Shown one piece after another: positions 13,105-28,639 of a DNA stretch of 64,000 bases (position 1 is the first letter of the stretch; each line of letters opens with the position of its first letter). The position numbers were made by a program, and so were the translations under genes. This DNA comes from Octopus sinensis (Eukaryota): contig NW_021832223.1 in assembly GCF_006345805.1 (NCBI RefSeq), forward strand, positions 458,134-522,133, given 5' to 3'. The notes below the pieces were generated by a model. The model had not been told where the DNA came from. It saw only the letters and a program-made list of their open reading frames with translations, and did no database searches.

Positions 13105-15409
13105 CAGTGTTCCCTCTAAGCTGCGCGCGTGCGCGGCCGCGCAGCAGTTTGCACCTTGCTGCGCAGCGAAATTTTTTTCTGCGCAGTAGAAAGTATAATA
13201 TTAAAAATTGCTATTTTTTTTAATTTTTTATATGAATTTATATATTCTTATTTTCATTTCAAAACGAAAACGTGTCTATAATATTGATATGAGACTTAAG
13301 AAAAATTCTCCTTCTTTTAAGCCAGAATGGTTGATAGAGTACGTCGAAACCTTAACACCAGATTCAAAAATTCCCCAACATGTGCAACTGGGTGATATTT
13401 TTAGTTTTTCCGAAGACTGCGGAGTTGTTTGTAAAATATGTGGCGACGCTAAAGCGACTTGTGATTTTGCGAGTGGAAAAACCTGGGATATATGGAAATT
13501 GGATTATCTGAAGAGACATATTACCCATAAAATTCATTCAGATTCAATAATAAAATTAAGAAGAATTCGAGCAGGAACTGGAATCAGCTGCTTGCTCACA
13601 GAGTCTAAGGATGACCGACAGATGAGATTCAAAATGAGTGATCGTGCACGAAGTAAAATTGAAAAAGTGAAAATTCTCATTGACAATGTTATTTTGGCTC
13701 TCTCCATGAATGCTTCATTACTTTCTGTTATGAATATACATGATCATATGGCAAAATATGTAGAACTTCCTGATAGCTGGCGAAGTAAAAATTATGCATT
13801 TGAGTTTGTTGAATGCATCGACTACGTGGTCAAAGAGATATGTATGCAGGAAATTAGAGAGTCTCGGTTCCATACACTCATTGTGGACGAAAGCACAGAT
13901 ATATCCGTAACCAAAATGCTTATTATATATATTAAATATCGTCCTACGGGGACAAATTATCACAAAACAGTTTTTGCTAGCATAATGAAACTTACAAGTT
14001 GTGACAGTAAATCTATTTTCATTGCAATCAAGAAATTCTACATGACAAACAATCTTGATTTTCAAAAGATGGTAATGTTTACATCAGATGGGGCATCCGT
14101 TATGCTAGGGAGAAGAAATGGCGTGGCATCACTGATCCGTGCTGAGGTTCCTCATCTTACTGAACAACATTGCGTCGTTCACAGACAAGATCTAGGGATC
14201 GATGATGCATGGAAAAAAAATAATCTTGTGAAAAATATTGAAATATTACTCCGGACTGTTTATACTGTTTTCAGTCGATCAAGTATAAAAAAAGCTGCAT
14301 TTCAGGACCTGGCTAATGTTGTTGTTGAAGATGTCGTTTCATTTAAGCCACTAAATGAAGTGAGATGGATGTCTCGGCATTTTGCTGTTAAAGCTTTGAT
14401 AAAAAACTACACAATTTTAATTGAATATTTCAAGAAACAGGTTGAAGATGATAATGATCCGATTGCAAAATATTGCTTAAAACAACTTCAAAATCCTCTT
14501 ATTCATGTTGCTTTAACTGTCTTAAATGAAATTTTGGCTGAATTAGCAGATTTGTGCACAGTTTTCCAAAGAAGCTGTATATCGACCATAGAAGCAGTAC
14601 AGTTTGCCAGAGCAAAAATTTCGAAGCTGAAATCTCAATATTTGGATGGAAATGAAATTTACTGGAGTGACAGTGTGAAGATGTTGTTATCAACAACTGG
14701 TTATGGAGATACAAATACAGATGAAATCCTATGCTTTATCGAGCATGTTTATCTGCATTTACAAGAAAGATTTCCAGCTGACGAATTAAGAGAATGGGTA
14801 GCATTTGACACTCAAGCAATTCAAAATCAGACAAACTTTGAATTTGGAAAAGAGGAGATAATTAAATTAGCGAAAAAATATGAAAATTTACTCTCTTCAG
14901 AAGTCCCACTCATAAAACTGCAGTCGGAATATACAGATCTCAAGTTTATTTTAAAAGAAAAACTGCACTCTGGTGCTTTGAAAACATTTGAAGATGTAAT
15001 TTACTATATACTAGCGGAGAAAAAATTTTCAGCCACTGCAACATTTGTGGATATTTGTGGCACATTTCAAGCGTCGAGTGCTGATGCTGAACGTGGATTT
15101 AGTTTGATGAACTGTATCAAAACTAAACTACGTAATAGACTTGAGATTGACCATTTGGAGATGATCATGCGAATCAAATTCTATTTAACAAGTGGGAATA
15201 CAGTGGATCTTGATCGAGTATACAAATTTTGGATACAAAATAAAAACAGAAGAGAATATCCAATTGACTAGACCTATTTTTTTAACCATTGGTTTTTTAA
15301 TTGTAAAATTTTCCCCCCCCCAAAAATTTTTTGCACACGTCACTTTATAACGCTGCACAATGCAATGTGCCCAGCGCGCATAGCTACCACTCGCTTAGAG
15401 GGAACACTG
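13105..15409 (+). mobile_element. Full-length hAT DNA transposon, 17-bp perfect TIRs
   Basis: CAGTGTTCCCTCTAAGC at 13105 and its exact reverse complement ending at 15409. GC-rich GCGCAG subterminal motifs. Flanking 8-mers CTCGCGGC and CTTGTGAG do not form a TSD. Confidence 0.95.
13289..15271 (+). CDS. Intact, intronless hAT transposase with N-terminal Zn-finger (ZNF862/C17orf113-like layout)
   Basis: Uninterrupted ORF: VVCKIC..LKRHITHKIH, IVDESTD, TSDGASVM, HCVVH, EVRW, SSADAERGFS. Likely ATG at 13289; the ORF track opens upstream at 13208 on a non-ATG codon. Confidence 0.93.
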   Translation: MRLKKNSPSFKPEWLIEYVETLTPDSKIPQHVQLGDIFSFSEDCGVVCKICGDAKATCDFASGKTWDIWKLDYLKRHITHKIHSDSIIKLRRIRAGTGISCLLTESKDDRQMRFKMSDRARSKIEKVKILIDNVILALSMNASLLSVMNIHDHMAKYVELPDSWRSKNYAFEFVECIDYVVKEICMQEIRESRFHTLIVDESTDISVTKMLIIYIKYRPTGTNYHKTVFASIMKLTSCDSKSIFIAIKKFYMTNNLDFQKMVMFTSDGASVMLGRRNGVASLIRAEVPHLTEQHCVVHRQDLGIDDAWKKNNLVKNIEILLRTVYTVFSRSSIKKAAFQDLANVVVEDVVSFKPLNEVRWMSRHFAVKALIKNYTILIEYFKKQVEDDNDPIAKYCLKQLQNPLIHVALTVLNEILAELADLCTVFQRSCISTIEAVQFARAKISKLKSQYLDGNEIYWSDSVKMLLSTTGYGDTNTDEILCFIEHVYLHLQERFPADELREWVAFDTQAIQNQTNFEFGKEEIIKLAKKYENLLSSEVPLIKLQSEYTDLKFILKEKLHSGALKTFEDVIYYILAEKKFSATATFVDICGTFQASSADAERGFSLMNCIKTKLRNRLEIDHLEMIMRIKFYLTSGNTVDLDRVYKFWIQNKNRREYPID

Positions 15410-15910
15410 CTTGTGAGGTCTCTCTATTTAAGTTAATTTAATCTGCCAATTGTTGGATCAATAACAGAAATATCTGGCTTGTTTTATACTTTACTCCTCC
15501 CTTGGTTTGCAACTTCGTGTCTACTCTGATTTCAGCACGACTATAGTTTGATGATTTCTTTTTATTTCTTGGAATTTTTAATGCTTTTAATTGATTTTTA
15601 CAGTTTTGAGTGGATAAAATGTATGGATAAATTATATATCTTTAAAATATGGTTATCGTTAATTTTCATTCAAAATCGAAAATTCTGTCATTTATGAGTA
15701 TCATGGGAAACCTGGAAACCCAATCAATCCAATTCTTAACTCGTTCTTATCGAAAAACGTATCGAGCAGAAAACTAGAAGGGTGTGTGTCACTTAATTAA
15801 ACTGAAGTGACCAATGTAAAAATCAAAAAAATGTCAGTCAAAAAATTTAACTTGATTTTCTCAATATAATACAACAAGAATGAGACAATATATAAAGAAA
15901 AAGAGAGTGA

Positions 15911-18609
<2,699 letters not shown>

Positions 18610-19119
18610 TCTAACAAGAAAAAATTTATTGTGTCCCGATTAAAACAATTTATTATGATTAATTTTATCAAGATAACAAATTTAAATTTAAAATTTACAT
18701 AAATCATTTTTTTCTCAAAATTTATTCTAATATAATTACAAAAATAAATCAAGTAAAAAATGCCCGTTAACTTTAATTCTAAAGATTTCTGCAACAATTT
18801 TATACAACAACTAAAAGACACGACATATTTTTGAAGGATAATCACCCAATTCATCAGACCGAATAAGTCCTTATAAATAAGGTAATTTGTGACTAAAACA
18901 AAGTCTTCCATTATTCGTATAATTCTGGATTGGTTTTCATAAATATAAAAATTTTAAATTTTTCTACTCATTATATGTTAAACTCAACATTACAAACAGT
19001 TTTATTAGCAGACACAAAGAATTGTCCCAACTCTCAGCTCTAGAAACACAGAATAACACATACCAATTATAAAAATACATCAAACTCTGAACTTAATAAA
19101 AAAATTCGATGGCGTGTAG

Positions 19120-19895
19120 GAGAATTTAGTTTAGCCACACTTGCTAAAAATTCACGACTTTGGGTGCTTTCCAATCCAGTGACAAGACAACTGTATGAGC
19201 TAGAATGACTGTCTGTAGAGAAAATGTCATAAAACACCCGAAAAGAATTGTTTGTACACAAATTGCCTATAAAGAATTGGATGATGAGTACAAAAACATC
19301 AGTGTCCTTTTGTACGATTACTTCTAGCAATAAAGGTATCAATAAGAAAAATTCTCGTTTTGTTGCATTATTAAAAAAACACACATTCTGCACGAATTTT
19401 AATAAAATAAAAAAATGAATTCATAAATAATATTTATGGTCTTAAAAATTAAAAATTCAACTTTTTAGACTGATTCCAACCTTTATCAATCCAATCAGGC
19501 TTATAACCAAAAATGCACTATATAACTTACAAGAGAAGAGATATCATGCTGTAGGCTTTGTTTCATCAACAAGCGTCGGCTATTTGTAATAGATGGAAAA
19601 ATTAATTCGCTTAAATATTCCAAAATCTTGAAAAAATGTCGGTTAAATTTAAATTTGCACAAAACGAACATTCTAGTATGACAACGATCCAAAAAAGTCC
19701 AAATAACTGTTAAATGATTACTATAAAATGAAATAAATGTTTTAGAATACCCAAGTCAATTGCCTGACATCAATTCAATAGAAAATTTAAGGAAAATTTT
19801 AAAAAATCAAAGTTAGTTTAAAGAGACCGAAAGACATCCATGAATTAAAAACAATTTTCTATGAAAATGGGGAAATATTACTCTTTTGAATTTCC
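19120..19895 (+). mobile_element. Tc1-like relic (copy 2)
   Basis: Duplicate of 4900-5670; EYPSQLPDINSIENL. Confidence 0.7.
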
Positions 19896-19994
19896 CAAAA
19901 GGACATAATCTACAGAATGTGGGATTTCAATTCAAAAGTGAAGGGTTTGCCACATACGGATATTGTGGGAATTTTCGGATTGAAAAAAAGAAAT

Positions 19995-20710
19995 TTGTTG
20001 CAAAAAAATTCAATAAAAAGTGGAATACTTCCAGATTAAGGAAATTTGGTGTCTCAAACATACCACTGGCATACGCCATGGAAGTTGAGCACAATATTGA
20101 ATTACTAAATTTGAAGGGAAGGATGCCTGATGAATTGTGGAACAATATGCCATTTTTTGTTAGGAATACTGCAATAAAACATGTCAAACACAAAGTGTCG
20201 GCCAAGAGCTCTAAGTGGCTTTTTGTTAACACCCTAAACATTGGTGAAATTTGTAAAGCTGCTAAAGTCTCTGGAATTGCTGAAAAGACTACGGGAAGGG
20301 CTTAATTCAGAAATTATGTGCCGCCTATATATGTTGATAAAGCACTGTTGAGTGAGGGACTTAAAATCCTGGAATGCGTGCGGACAACACAGCAATTACA
20401 GGAAACAAAGTGCCGGGGATTGACAACATTTCAGGAGAATTACAGAAGCAAACTATCGTAAAAATACTTCTTAAGACAATACAACATCGTCTAATGCCAA
20501 ATTCAGAAATGATTTGACCGGCTGTCCAAGCAGGATTCAGAAAGGACGAGATACACTTGAGCATATAGAAAATGTCCGAAGGATTATAGAAAAAACCCAT
20601 GAATCCCATAAGAGTGTATACATTTGCTCATTGACTATCGGAAAGCTTTTGATTTCGTTATACATGACAAGCTGTAGTCTGGTTTAAAAGAATTTGGATT
20701 CGATGCCCAT
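19995..20710 (+). mobile_element. RTE relic (copy 2)
   Basis: Duplicate of 5770-6490. Confidence 0.75.
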
Positions 20711-21206
20711 CGGATGTGCACTAAATAACTCAAGTTAAAATAGTTTTTTCAACAATTAATCTAAAAAATCTCATATTTGTAATTTATTTGTTAAACTACG
20801 GTATTTAAGCAAGTTGAAGGAGAGAAATTTCACAGATACGACCTGCTTGCAAACAAACTGTCGGTTCTTTATATAGCAAAAGTAAAGATTAATCGGGTAG
20901 TCTTGACATGAAATAGAGTTGTCTCAAAGTTCTTTAAAAGTCATATGGATAACTTATCCATCGATGAAGGAACGTTGTGTTAAATAGAACCTGAGAGTAT
21001 GCTCATTCAACAGAGACATGAAATGAAGATTATACTAACTAGGTTAAGTAATCCCAGCGTCCAAAATTCTTCAAATTCTCCTTGCATGTTTGAATGATGA
21101 CTAGTTTCCTTCTATCTGAAAGTTATTCAAAATGAGTAAATATTTTATGATATCACCATCAAGATGGATATAACCCAAATTTAATTAGCTTAGGCTGTAC
21201 TACTAA

Positions 21207-22390
21207 ATGGACGATTGTCGTAACTATGATTTATCTCAGCAAGGGACCTCCAATCAAAAGAGGCACAGAGACCTTCCATCTTTCCCTGCAGGTCTTTCTC
21301 TGCAAAATCAGACGCGAACAGTCTCTAGACAGTCATAAATAAATTTGGTATTATAGTGGGTTCGATGGATAGGTACCACTAAGTTGGTGATCATCAAAAT
21401 CACTGGGAACAGAAACAATGCTCAACGTCTCCTAATTCGAAAGATTTTCCCCAAAATATATGGACGGGTATTTATGGTCTCGACACCTCAAAGGAATTGC
21501 TTAAAGACTCAGAGGGAAAGCTTTCTTGTCGTTTCAAACACCTAGTGGTTGATTGCTACATATCCCCAGTGGAGTTTGACATGGAGAGCCTCAACTGGGC
21601 CATAAGAGTAAGAGAGGAGGAAATGCTCAATTTAATCATGGTGAGTCGGTCAGCTACCAAATTGCAAGAACTCAAAAATTTGTATCCAAAAAGTATGACA
21701 TACGCAAAAGTGGTAGGATTTAACGGCATCTGACTTAACCTTTTGCAGTCCTTGGGACCATACTCGATTACTCTTAGAACTGGCCAAAGTGTGTTTGTTT
21801 GCTGATGCATCAAAGACAACCGAGATTTTTCTACCTCAGTGGACATGAATATGGCCCAGGTTGATGCAAATGAGCTTTATTCTGCTGGGATTGGAAACTT
21901 TGATACCGAAGACTTTGTTTTCAGTCGGATTTTTACTTCGAGGAGTCTTGTGCAGTTAAGACAGACTTTTAAAGAGTATGCCAGGGTTACACTTGTCATG
22001 TTGTGAACATTTATAGATGACAATCACTCGAGTAATAAAGCTGTCTACAGTAAAATGCTCGAGTCTGTCAAGAACTTGTACAAAGCACTGGGTAATGTTT
22101 TTGCGTCACATTACTTTTTAGCCGACTACATTATCAATCCGATTACATTCTTTGCACATTATTTAAACAAATCTTTGAAAGGTCTAGAAACTAACGACCA
22201 TTTGTTGTGCTATATTATCATCTCCAGATCTGAAGTTTGCGCTTTAAGGAATGACGTAGATCGATTTGGGCGATATCTCAGACGTCTTTTTGAATCGCTA
22301 CAGAGTTCCTTTGGCTCTCTCTATCAAGCAAGATACTCCGGAGATTTTAAAAAGCTTCTACTGTTGCTATTAGGAAGACAAGGATCTTAA
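21207..22390 (+). pseudogene. Annexin (copy 2), same TAG and frameshift as copy 1
   Basis: TAG at 21326-21328; same GATACTCCGGA lesion. Confidence 0.8.
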
Positions 22391-23249
22391 ATAATACTTA
22401 CTATATCGCCTTTCATTTATTTATCGCCTTTCATTTATTTCAGAAGTCTGGAAAATACCATTTAAAGTGCCTTAAATCCAGTTAGACGCCAATCTTCATT
22501 AATTTACAAATTTTATTGGTCCCTATTTTAGAGGGACTGAGAAAAAAATAGGAGTTTTAGTGATATTTTGAACTTAATTGGAAATTAATTACCAAAAGGT
22601 TCAAAAAATATTATTTAAATTTATTTTTTTGTTTATTTTCATATTATTTTCTATAGCCTGTTCGTATTTCAATTTACAATATAATGAGATTGGTGATTTT
22701 CTGATTTTTTGCGTTTATTTTAAGATGGCTTAATACTTTTATTTTACTCGAGAATTTCAATCTATACAACAATTTTTTCCAATTCTAAAAAGATTAGAAA
22801 ACATTAAGGTTTTCTGAGCTTTAATGATTTTGTAGAGTTTTTTGAGTTTTAATATTCGAAAACATTAGCGTTGACGCTATATAATAGTCTTGATAACCGC
22901 TGTATTGGATTCTTTTTTAAAATTTAGAAACTAACTAAAAATCAACTTTAACATTGACTACAATTCTATTTTTCAAACGTTTTTTGGATATGTGAATTCT
23001 ATCATTAACAAATCTAGACGGAGTCACCAATAAAGAGAGACTTTTAGTTAAAATTTCCTGCATACAATTAATGAACCATAATCTGCTTTTATTTGAGAAC
23101 TAAATGGAAAGTAAGTAATTTCCTTTGAAATAAATTGTTTAATTTAATTGAAGAATGCTACAACTTATTTGTACTTTCAAAGATGATAATGGAAAAAGAA
23201 AAAAATACCAAATAGAATAAAAATTCAAATTACTATTGATATATTAGAC

Positions 23250-25700
23250 CAAAATGACTAAATGATGGCATCAGCTTGAAACAAGTAACTCTTGTGAAAA
23301 TATTAAAAAGTCATAGAAAAGGTGCATTTAAAGAAATAGATTGACTATAAAAGATATGATTAGAATAAAAGAAAAAAAGATATTAATTCATAAACCAAGA
23401 CTGAATTTCGAAAGGACAACTGGTGCTTCGAATTGAATCGGAAAGGAAATACCGAGACGAAGATTTCAAAATTATCTGCAGAACTAAGAACTTGTAAATT
23501 GCTACGTAAGACAGGCTCTGCCTCAGAGTGAAAAACAAAATGTGATGGATATTCTATGTCGTTATGAATATAAAAAGTCAAAAAAAAGGAGAGCTCTTGA
23601 GAATCGAATCCTTACTGCACGACCTATCAGAATTAAGAAAAAACAAATTGCTGTATATAAGAGTAATGAAGTGACAACATACTCTTGATGATGAGGAGTG
23701 TATGTCGTTCTGGGAAAAAGTATGGAGCAAAAGACACGAAATATTTGTCACAATTAGTTACATAATGAAGATCATTAAATATCTTCCTGACTGGAAGGCA
23801 CCGGGACGTGACGGGATATATAATTTTTTCATTAAAAGACTGGAATCTCTGCATGAATTTTTATGTGTTGAAATTAACAAAATAATCAAAGGTGACTACA
23901 TGCCATAAAGCTGGTTTTATACTGAAATAACATATCTAATCCCTAAAAAAATGATTGTGAGACTCCGAAAGATTTACGACCTATAACATGCATGTCGACA
24001 CTTTATAAGTTAGTTACCAAGTGTGTTAATGGAAAACTGTCTGAGTTCGTGAATGCATTTGGCTTAATTTCCGACAATCAACTTGGTACGAGGAGACAGT
24101 GTCAGGGTGCTAAACAACAGGCCCTTATTAACCAATGCCTAAATAAAGAGTATGGAAATGGGATATACTCTGCATGGATTGATGTCAAGATGGCTTTCGA
24201 TTCTGTTGACCACGACTTTTTATTTCATGTATTGGAGTGTTCTGGGATACCTGCATGGATCGTTAACTTTGTGAAAAGCACTGTACGAATGTGAACTGTA
24301 AAGCTCCATATTGACGGAAGGAGAATTGGTTCTGTAAAGTTGGGCCGAGGAATTTTACAAGGAGACTCATTATCCCCACAACTTTTTGTTATGGTGATGG
24401 ACTCACTAAGCAGAATTCTTAATGCCATGTTTCCGAAGGTTCAGATCAATCAACAGGACCCAAATATGTTGACCTATTCTACTAATCATTTGTTCTTCAT
24501 TGACGACCTAAGGATATTCGCTCTTAAAGAAGATGTAGTAATTAAAATGATGGAAGCTATTGATGAATTCTTTAAAATAGTTGGCTTGGAGATGAATTTA
24601 GAAAAGTCAGCATCAAATGTTAAATCGTTATTTTGTTGTGAGACTTTGGAAGGAGTCCAAAGATATCGTTATTTGGGTGTACTTGAAAATAGAGGAAGTA
24701 ATGTCCTTAAGAGTAAAGTAATGAATTCTATCCTTGGAAATGTTAAGAAAAGGACAACCATGCTTTCAAAGACGAAATTAAATTCGGTCAACTTGTTCCA
24801 TGCTATAAATGAATATGCCATTTCCCTATATAATTATTACATCCGAATTATTAAGATTGTATTGACCGTCAAATACGACAACTTCTGACGACTCTCAAGC
24901 TTCATCTCAAACCTGCAAATAAAGAGAGGTTATATTTAAATCGGAAATCTCTTGGGAGAGGACTTCCTTCAGTTTCTTTCAAAAGTAAACTGATACTCTT
25001 CCAGTTCCTGAAAAGTTTAGAAAGGCAGTCGGCAGTATACTTACGGAGATTGGGAATCCTGAGTGTGATACAAACAAATAAATGGCATATGGCCACAATT
25101 GCAGGATTTCTCGCCTCTAAGTATACAATTCTCAAATGTTAAACAGTGATTATTTGCGAAGACACAATGAAGTTGTGAAGTGCATTCATCTTCATTTGTG
25201 CCGACTCTATGGTATTAAAAGAGGAAGGAAAATAAAGACTCATTCTGTTCAGTCTATAATATTGACATAGAATGTTGAAATCTGAGTTGATACGTCAATT
25301 ATGACGGAAACAAAAGTTCAATGCAGCAAACCAGAAATTTTCGTTTACGACAAAATTAAACAAGAAATAACTTTAATCGAGGTTGGCATCACTTCACAAA
25401 ACCGCGTCAAACAAGTCGAAATCGAGAAATTTCGTAAATATGATCTGCTTGCAAACCAACTTTCGATACTTTATGATGCAAAGGTAAAGATTATCCCGGT
25501 TGTCTTGACGTGGGATGGCGTTGTTTCGAGATACTTCAAAAACTATATGGACAAATTATCTATTGAAAAAGCCACAAAAACTTACATTCAGTCTGTTGTC
25601 CTAAAAAGGACTCTAGAATGCATGGCAGTTGAGCACAGATATGGAGTGAGCTGAGAACCTAAATTAAATAGTCTAGATTAAGTTAAATTTTGTTTCTTTT
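23250..25700 (+). mobile_element. R4/Dong-like (RLE-type) non-LTR retrotransposon, decayed
   Basis: FWEKVWSK; KAPGRDG; LRPITCMSTLYK; NQLGTRR; WIDVKMAFDSV; GILQGDSLSP; LFFIDDL; RHNEVVKCIH; KPEIFVYD..IEVG..EKFRKY. Internal stops. Confidence 0.9.
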
Positions 25701-25799
25701 AATAAAATAGTTACACAAAAAATACACCTCAAGCAAATAAAGAGCTACTTTTACCTTGCAAGAAAGTGGCTGGGAAGGGGGTTGACATCAAATGCTTTT

Positions 25800-26130
25800 A
25801 AGACAAAATTAATCCTGCTTCAGTTATTGAACACCCTGGAAAAGAAGTCAGGTATCTGTCTCAGGAAATTGGGATCTTGTTGGTTATTAAAAAACAGAAA
25901 CCGCATATGATTCTTGCTTCTAATCTTGTTCCGATGTTTAGGGGATTCTAATGTTGATCTAAAAATGTCTAGTAAGTGGTTGAACAAAAGGAACAAGTCA
26001 CCAAATAGTGAAGCTTTGTATTGCCTCTCGCAAAAAAGAAATTTGTTTATTTTTGCGCGTGGTGGGGTGTGTAATCATTGCATGAAAACTAAACAGACAT
26101 TAGAGAAACAAAATGCTAAACAGTTCTTTA
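25800..26130 (+). mobile_element. R4-like fragment (region before and including the Zn-knuckle)
   Basis: SSKWLNKRNKSPNSEALYCLSQKRNLF..CNHC, similar to 50039-50404. Confidence 0.6.
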
Positions 26131-27010
26131 GATGAGCAAGCGTCTTGACCTCGAAAACACAGGAAGTCTTAACGGCAATATCATCGAAATGTACATTAAT
26201 AATTTTCTTGGCAGAACTCCGAACCAAGGAATCATATGATTCCAGTACGTGCGTAACATAGAAACAAGAAGAGCTTCTCAAGATATAAATGATTTTTAAG
26301 ATCAAAGCGATAAGATTTTTTTTTAAAGGATTCGTGTAGCTGAGTCGGCGAGAATCGGTGACCCCAGAATTTCCAGATGAGACATAGGTGTTAACCGACG
26401 TATTATCGAAAAAATTATCTAGGAATCTGCAGAAAAGAGAGAATGAGTTCTTAAACAGGGATGCTCAACAGAAAGATTGAAAATCTCAGAGTTGCTTAAA
26501 TTAATGACCAGACCAATGTTGGATAACGCCGGAATTAGAGTGGCTAAGTCATTCAACAAAATATCAGGCGGACCGCCCAGGGTACAATCATCAAGATACC
26601 AAAGATTTAGGGATGATTCTTTTACCCGGACAAAAGAATCCACGGCAAGAACAAACAATAAAGGGCCCAAAGGATCACCCTGTTGGACGCCACAAAAAAA
26701 ACAAATGAAAGAACCGCTGGCAATTAAAAGGGATGGAAGTGAGTATAAAAGCGAAATAAAAAAAAGCAAATGTGGAACACGGGCTTGACAGACCTCCAAC
26801 AAATGCCCACGGTCTAAAGAATTGAATGCATTAATTACATCCGGGGTCATCGGCCCAGAATCGCTTTCTTTTCTTCGTCGGCTGGGGTCGAAGATTGCCA
26901 GACGAAACAAGGATCCCAACGAGACTCGTCATCTTTTCCAAAGAGTCTCGTTGGCGATCGTCCGAGGGAACTGCCAGGCCATCTTATGCGCCGGCAGTTC
27001 AAAATAACTG
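26130..27010. mobile_element. CRE-clade element with RT on the minus strand and RLE tail on the plus strand
   Basis: Minus: NAFNSLDR..GVQQGDPLGPLLF..WYLDD. Plus from about 26836: TSGVIG..LFQRVSLAIVRGN. Confidence 0.8.
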
Positions 27011-27235
27011 CATTGTCTAGTTATTTTAACTTATTAAATTAATAATTAATTACATCTAGTTTCAATAAGATAAGAGGAATATTGGATCGAGTGGAAGCGT
27101 CAATGAAACAACGACAGGCATAAACAGAAGACTCGCAGCCGCCAAGAATTCCCACGCCCAATAGAATGGGCTGCAGTTGCACACCGATAGAAGGGATAAC
27201 GGACCTACAACAGACTTTTGCGAATAAAAGAACTA

Positions 27236-27480
27236 AGTACTAACTAAGTCCAGAGCCTTCGAAGTGAGCAGAAGGTGGCACTCCACGCACCTCCTCCCCT
27301 TCCTCCTCCTCTTCTCTGGCATTGTAGACCTTCGAGAAGGTGCAGTCCAGCGCCTCTCGCTGACTAAACGTCAGGAAAGGGTTGGATAGGCGAGCATCAA
27401 ACGAGACACTTTCCAGAGTCCTCTTAAGAACAGTTGACTGTATATAAGCCTGTAGAGACTTATCTACATCCAAGCGAACA
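27236..27480 (-). mobile_element. R4-like 3' end
   Basis: QAYIQSTVLKRTLE matches the end of 25301-25654. Tail shared with 48955-49085 and 54160-54270. Confidence 0.75.
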
Positions 27481-27921
27481 TCTCATGAGCTGATGCTCAG
27501 CGAATAGAAAAGCTAAATAGAACAAAAATTAAAAAAGGGAATTTTAGTTAACTTAAATTAACCCCAGAAGCGACAAAAACTATAAATTTCCTAAAATATT
27601 CGCATCATATTTAAATTTAAAAATAGATGTACATTTTCTCCTTAAAACGCGAGATTTTTACTGATTCTCTAACTAAACATAATTATAAACCGATTCGAAA
27701 AAGTAAACTATTAGAAAAAAATAAATTTTTCAAATGATATAACTCTAATTTACTCTATAAATATACTTTTTGTTTTTTCCAGAACATTTCTTACCGATTA
27801 AAAAAGCAATCGTAGTATTTCACCGTCGTTTGTTAGTTAGTATATTTATGAAATTGCTAATTTTTATCTGGTTAATTTGTAAGGAATATCAATGTATTTT
27901 ATTAAAAAAATTATTTATAAT

Positions 27922-28052
27922 TTATCCACCAAATCCATAAATTGTCCTACCTTGACGTTTCAAGGCATTAACAACGTCCATTGCGATAACAGTTTTTCTT
28001 TTGGCATGTTCAGTGTAAGAAATACAATCACGAACAGTTTGCTCGATAAAAA
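27922..28052 (-). pseudogene. H4: Histone H4, C-terminal half only, divergent
   Basis: [42 protein letters not shown]. The 5' half is replaced by unrelated sequence. Confidence 0.9.
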
Positions 28053-28581
28053 TTATTGCTAATTTACTTACACAACGAAATCAAAGCACTTAATCAGAAC
28101 ATTAAAAGTCAGAAAAGGAAAGAACAACCGGAGGAATTGAATAAACTATCAAAGCAAAGAGAAGAAATGACTGAAGAGACGGAGAAATTGGTCATGCAAG
28201 CTGAGAAAGCTTCTGAGATGAGTCTCAGAAAGGAAGAAATGAGATTGGTTATGTTAGAATTGACTTATTTGTGTTTAGAAAGACGATTTGAATAAAATTA
28301 ACACAGAAAAACTGAGAAGAGCAGAGACTGAGGTGAGAAGTCTCAAGGATAGTGAACGAGATGTCTTACTGAGTCAACAGAGACTGGAATTATCAAGACA
28401 AGTTGCTATCGAAGACCGGCTTAATGCTTTGGAGAGGAGAGCGGAGTTCAATTAGTCGATAGAAGGGTTGTCTCTGCCTACTCAAGTTGTTCAGTCCTTT
28501 GAGTCGAGGAAGTGTCTGAGATTTGGGACAAGTGTCGGGCTGTGGCTGAATTGATGGACATTCCGGGGAATATATCTAATG
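28053..28581 (+). pseudogene. Duplicated 3' fragment of the coiled-coil gene at 40442-41400
   Basis: Inverted near-identical match to about 40316-40845, including a 31-nt intron and the last exon ending ERRAEFN*. Confidence 0.8.
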
Positions 28582-28639
28582 TATATTGTTTGCTTCCTCC
28601 AAAACTCTAAATTTTCTTATTTCGACGCCATCAAACAAA

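Noticed and set aside
13097-15417. CTCGCGGC and CTTGTGAG as a CpG-decayed TSD
   Set aside because: It needs four changes in 8 bp next to perfect TIRs, and the left 8-mer is explained as Buster subterminal sequence.
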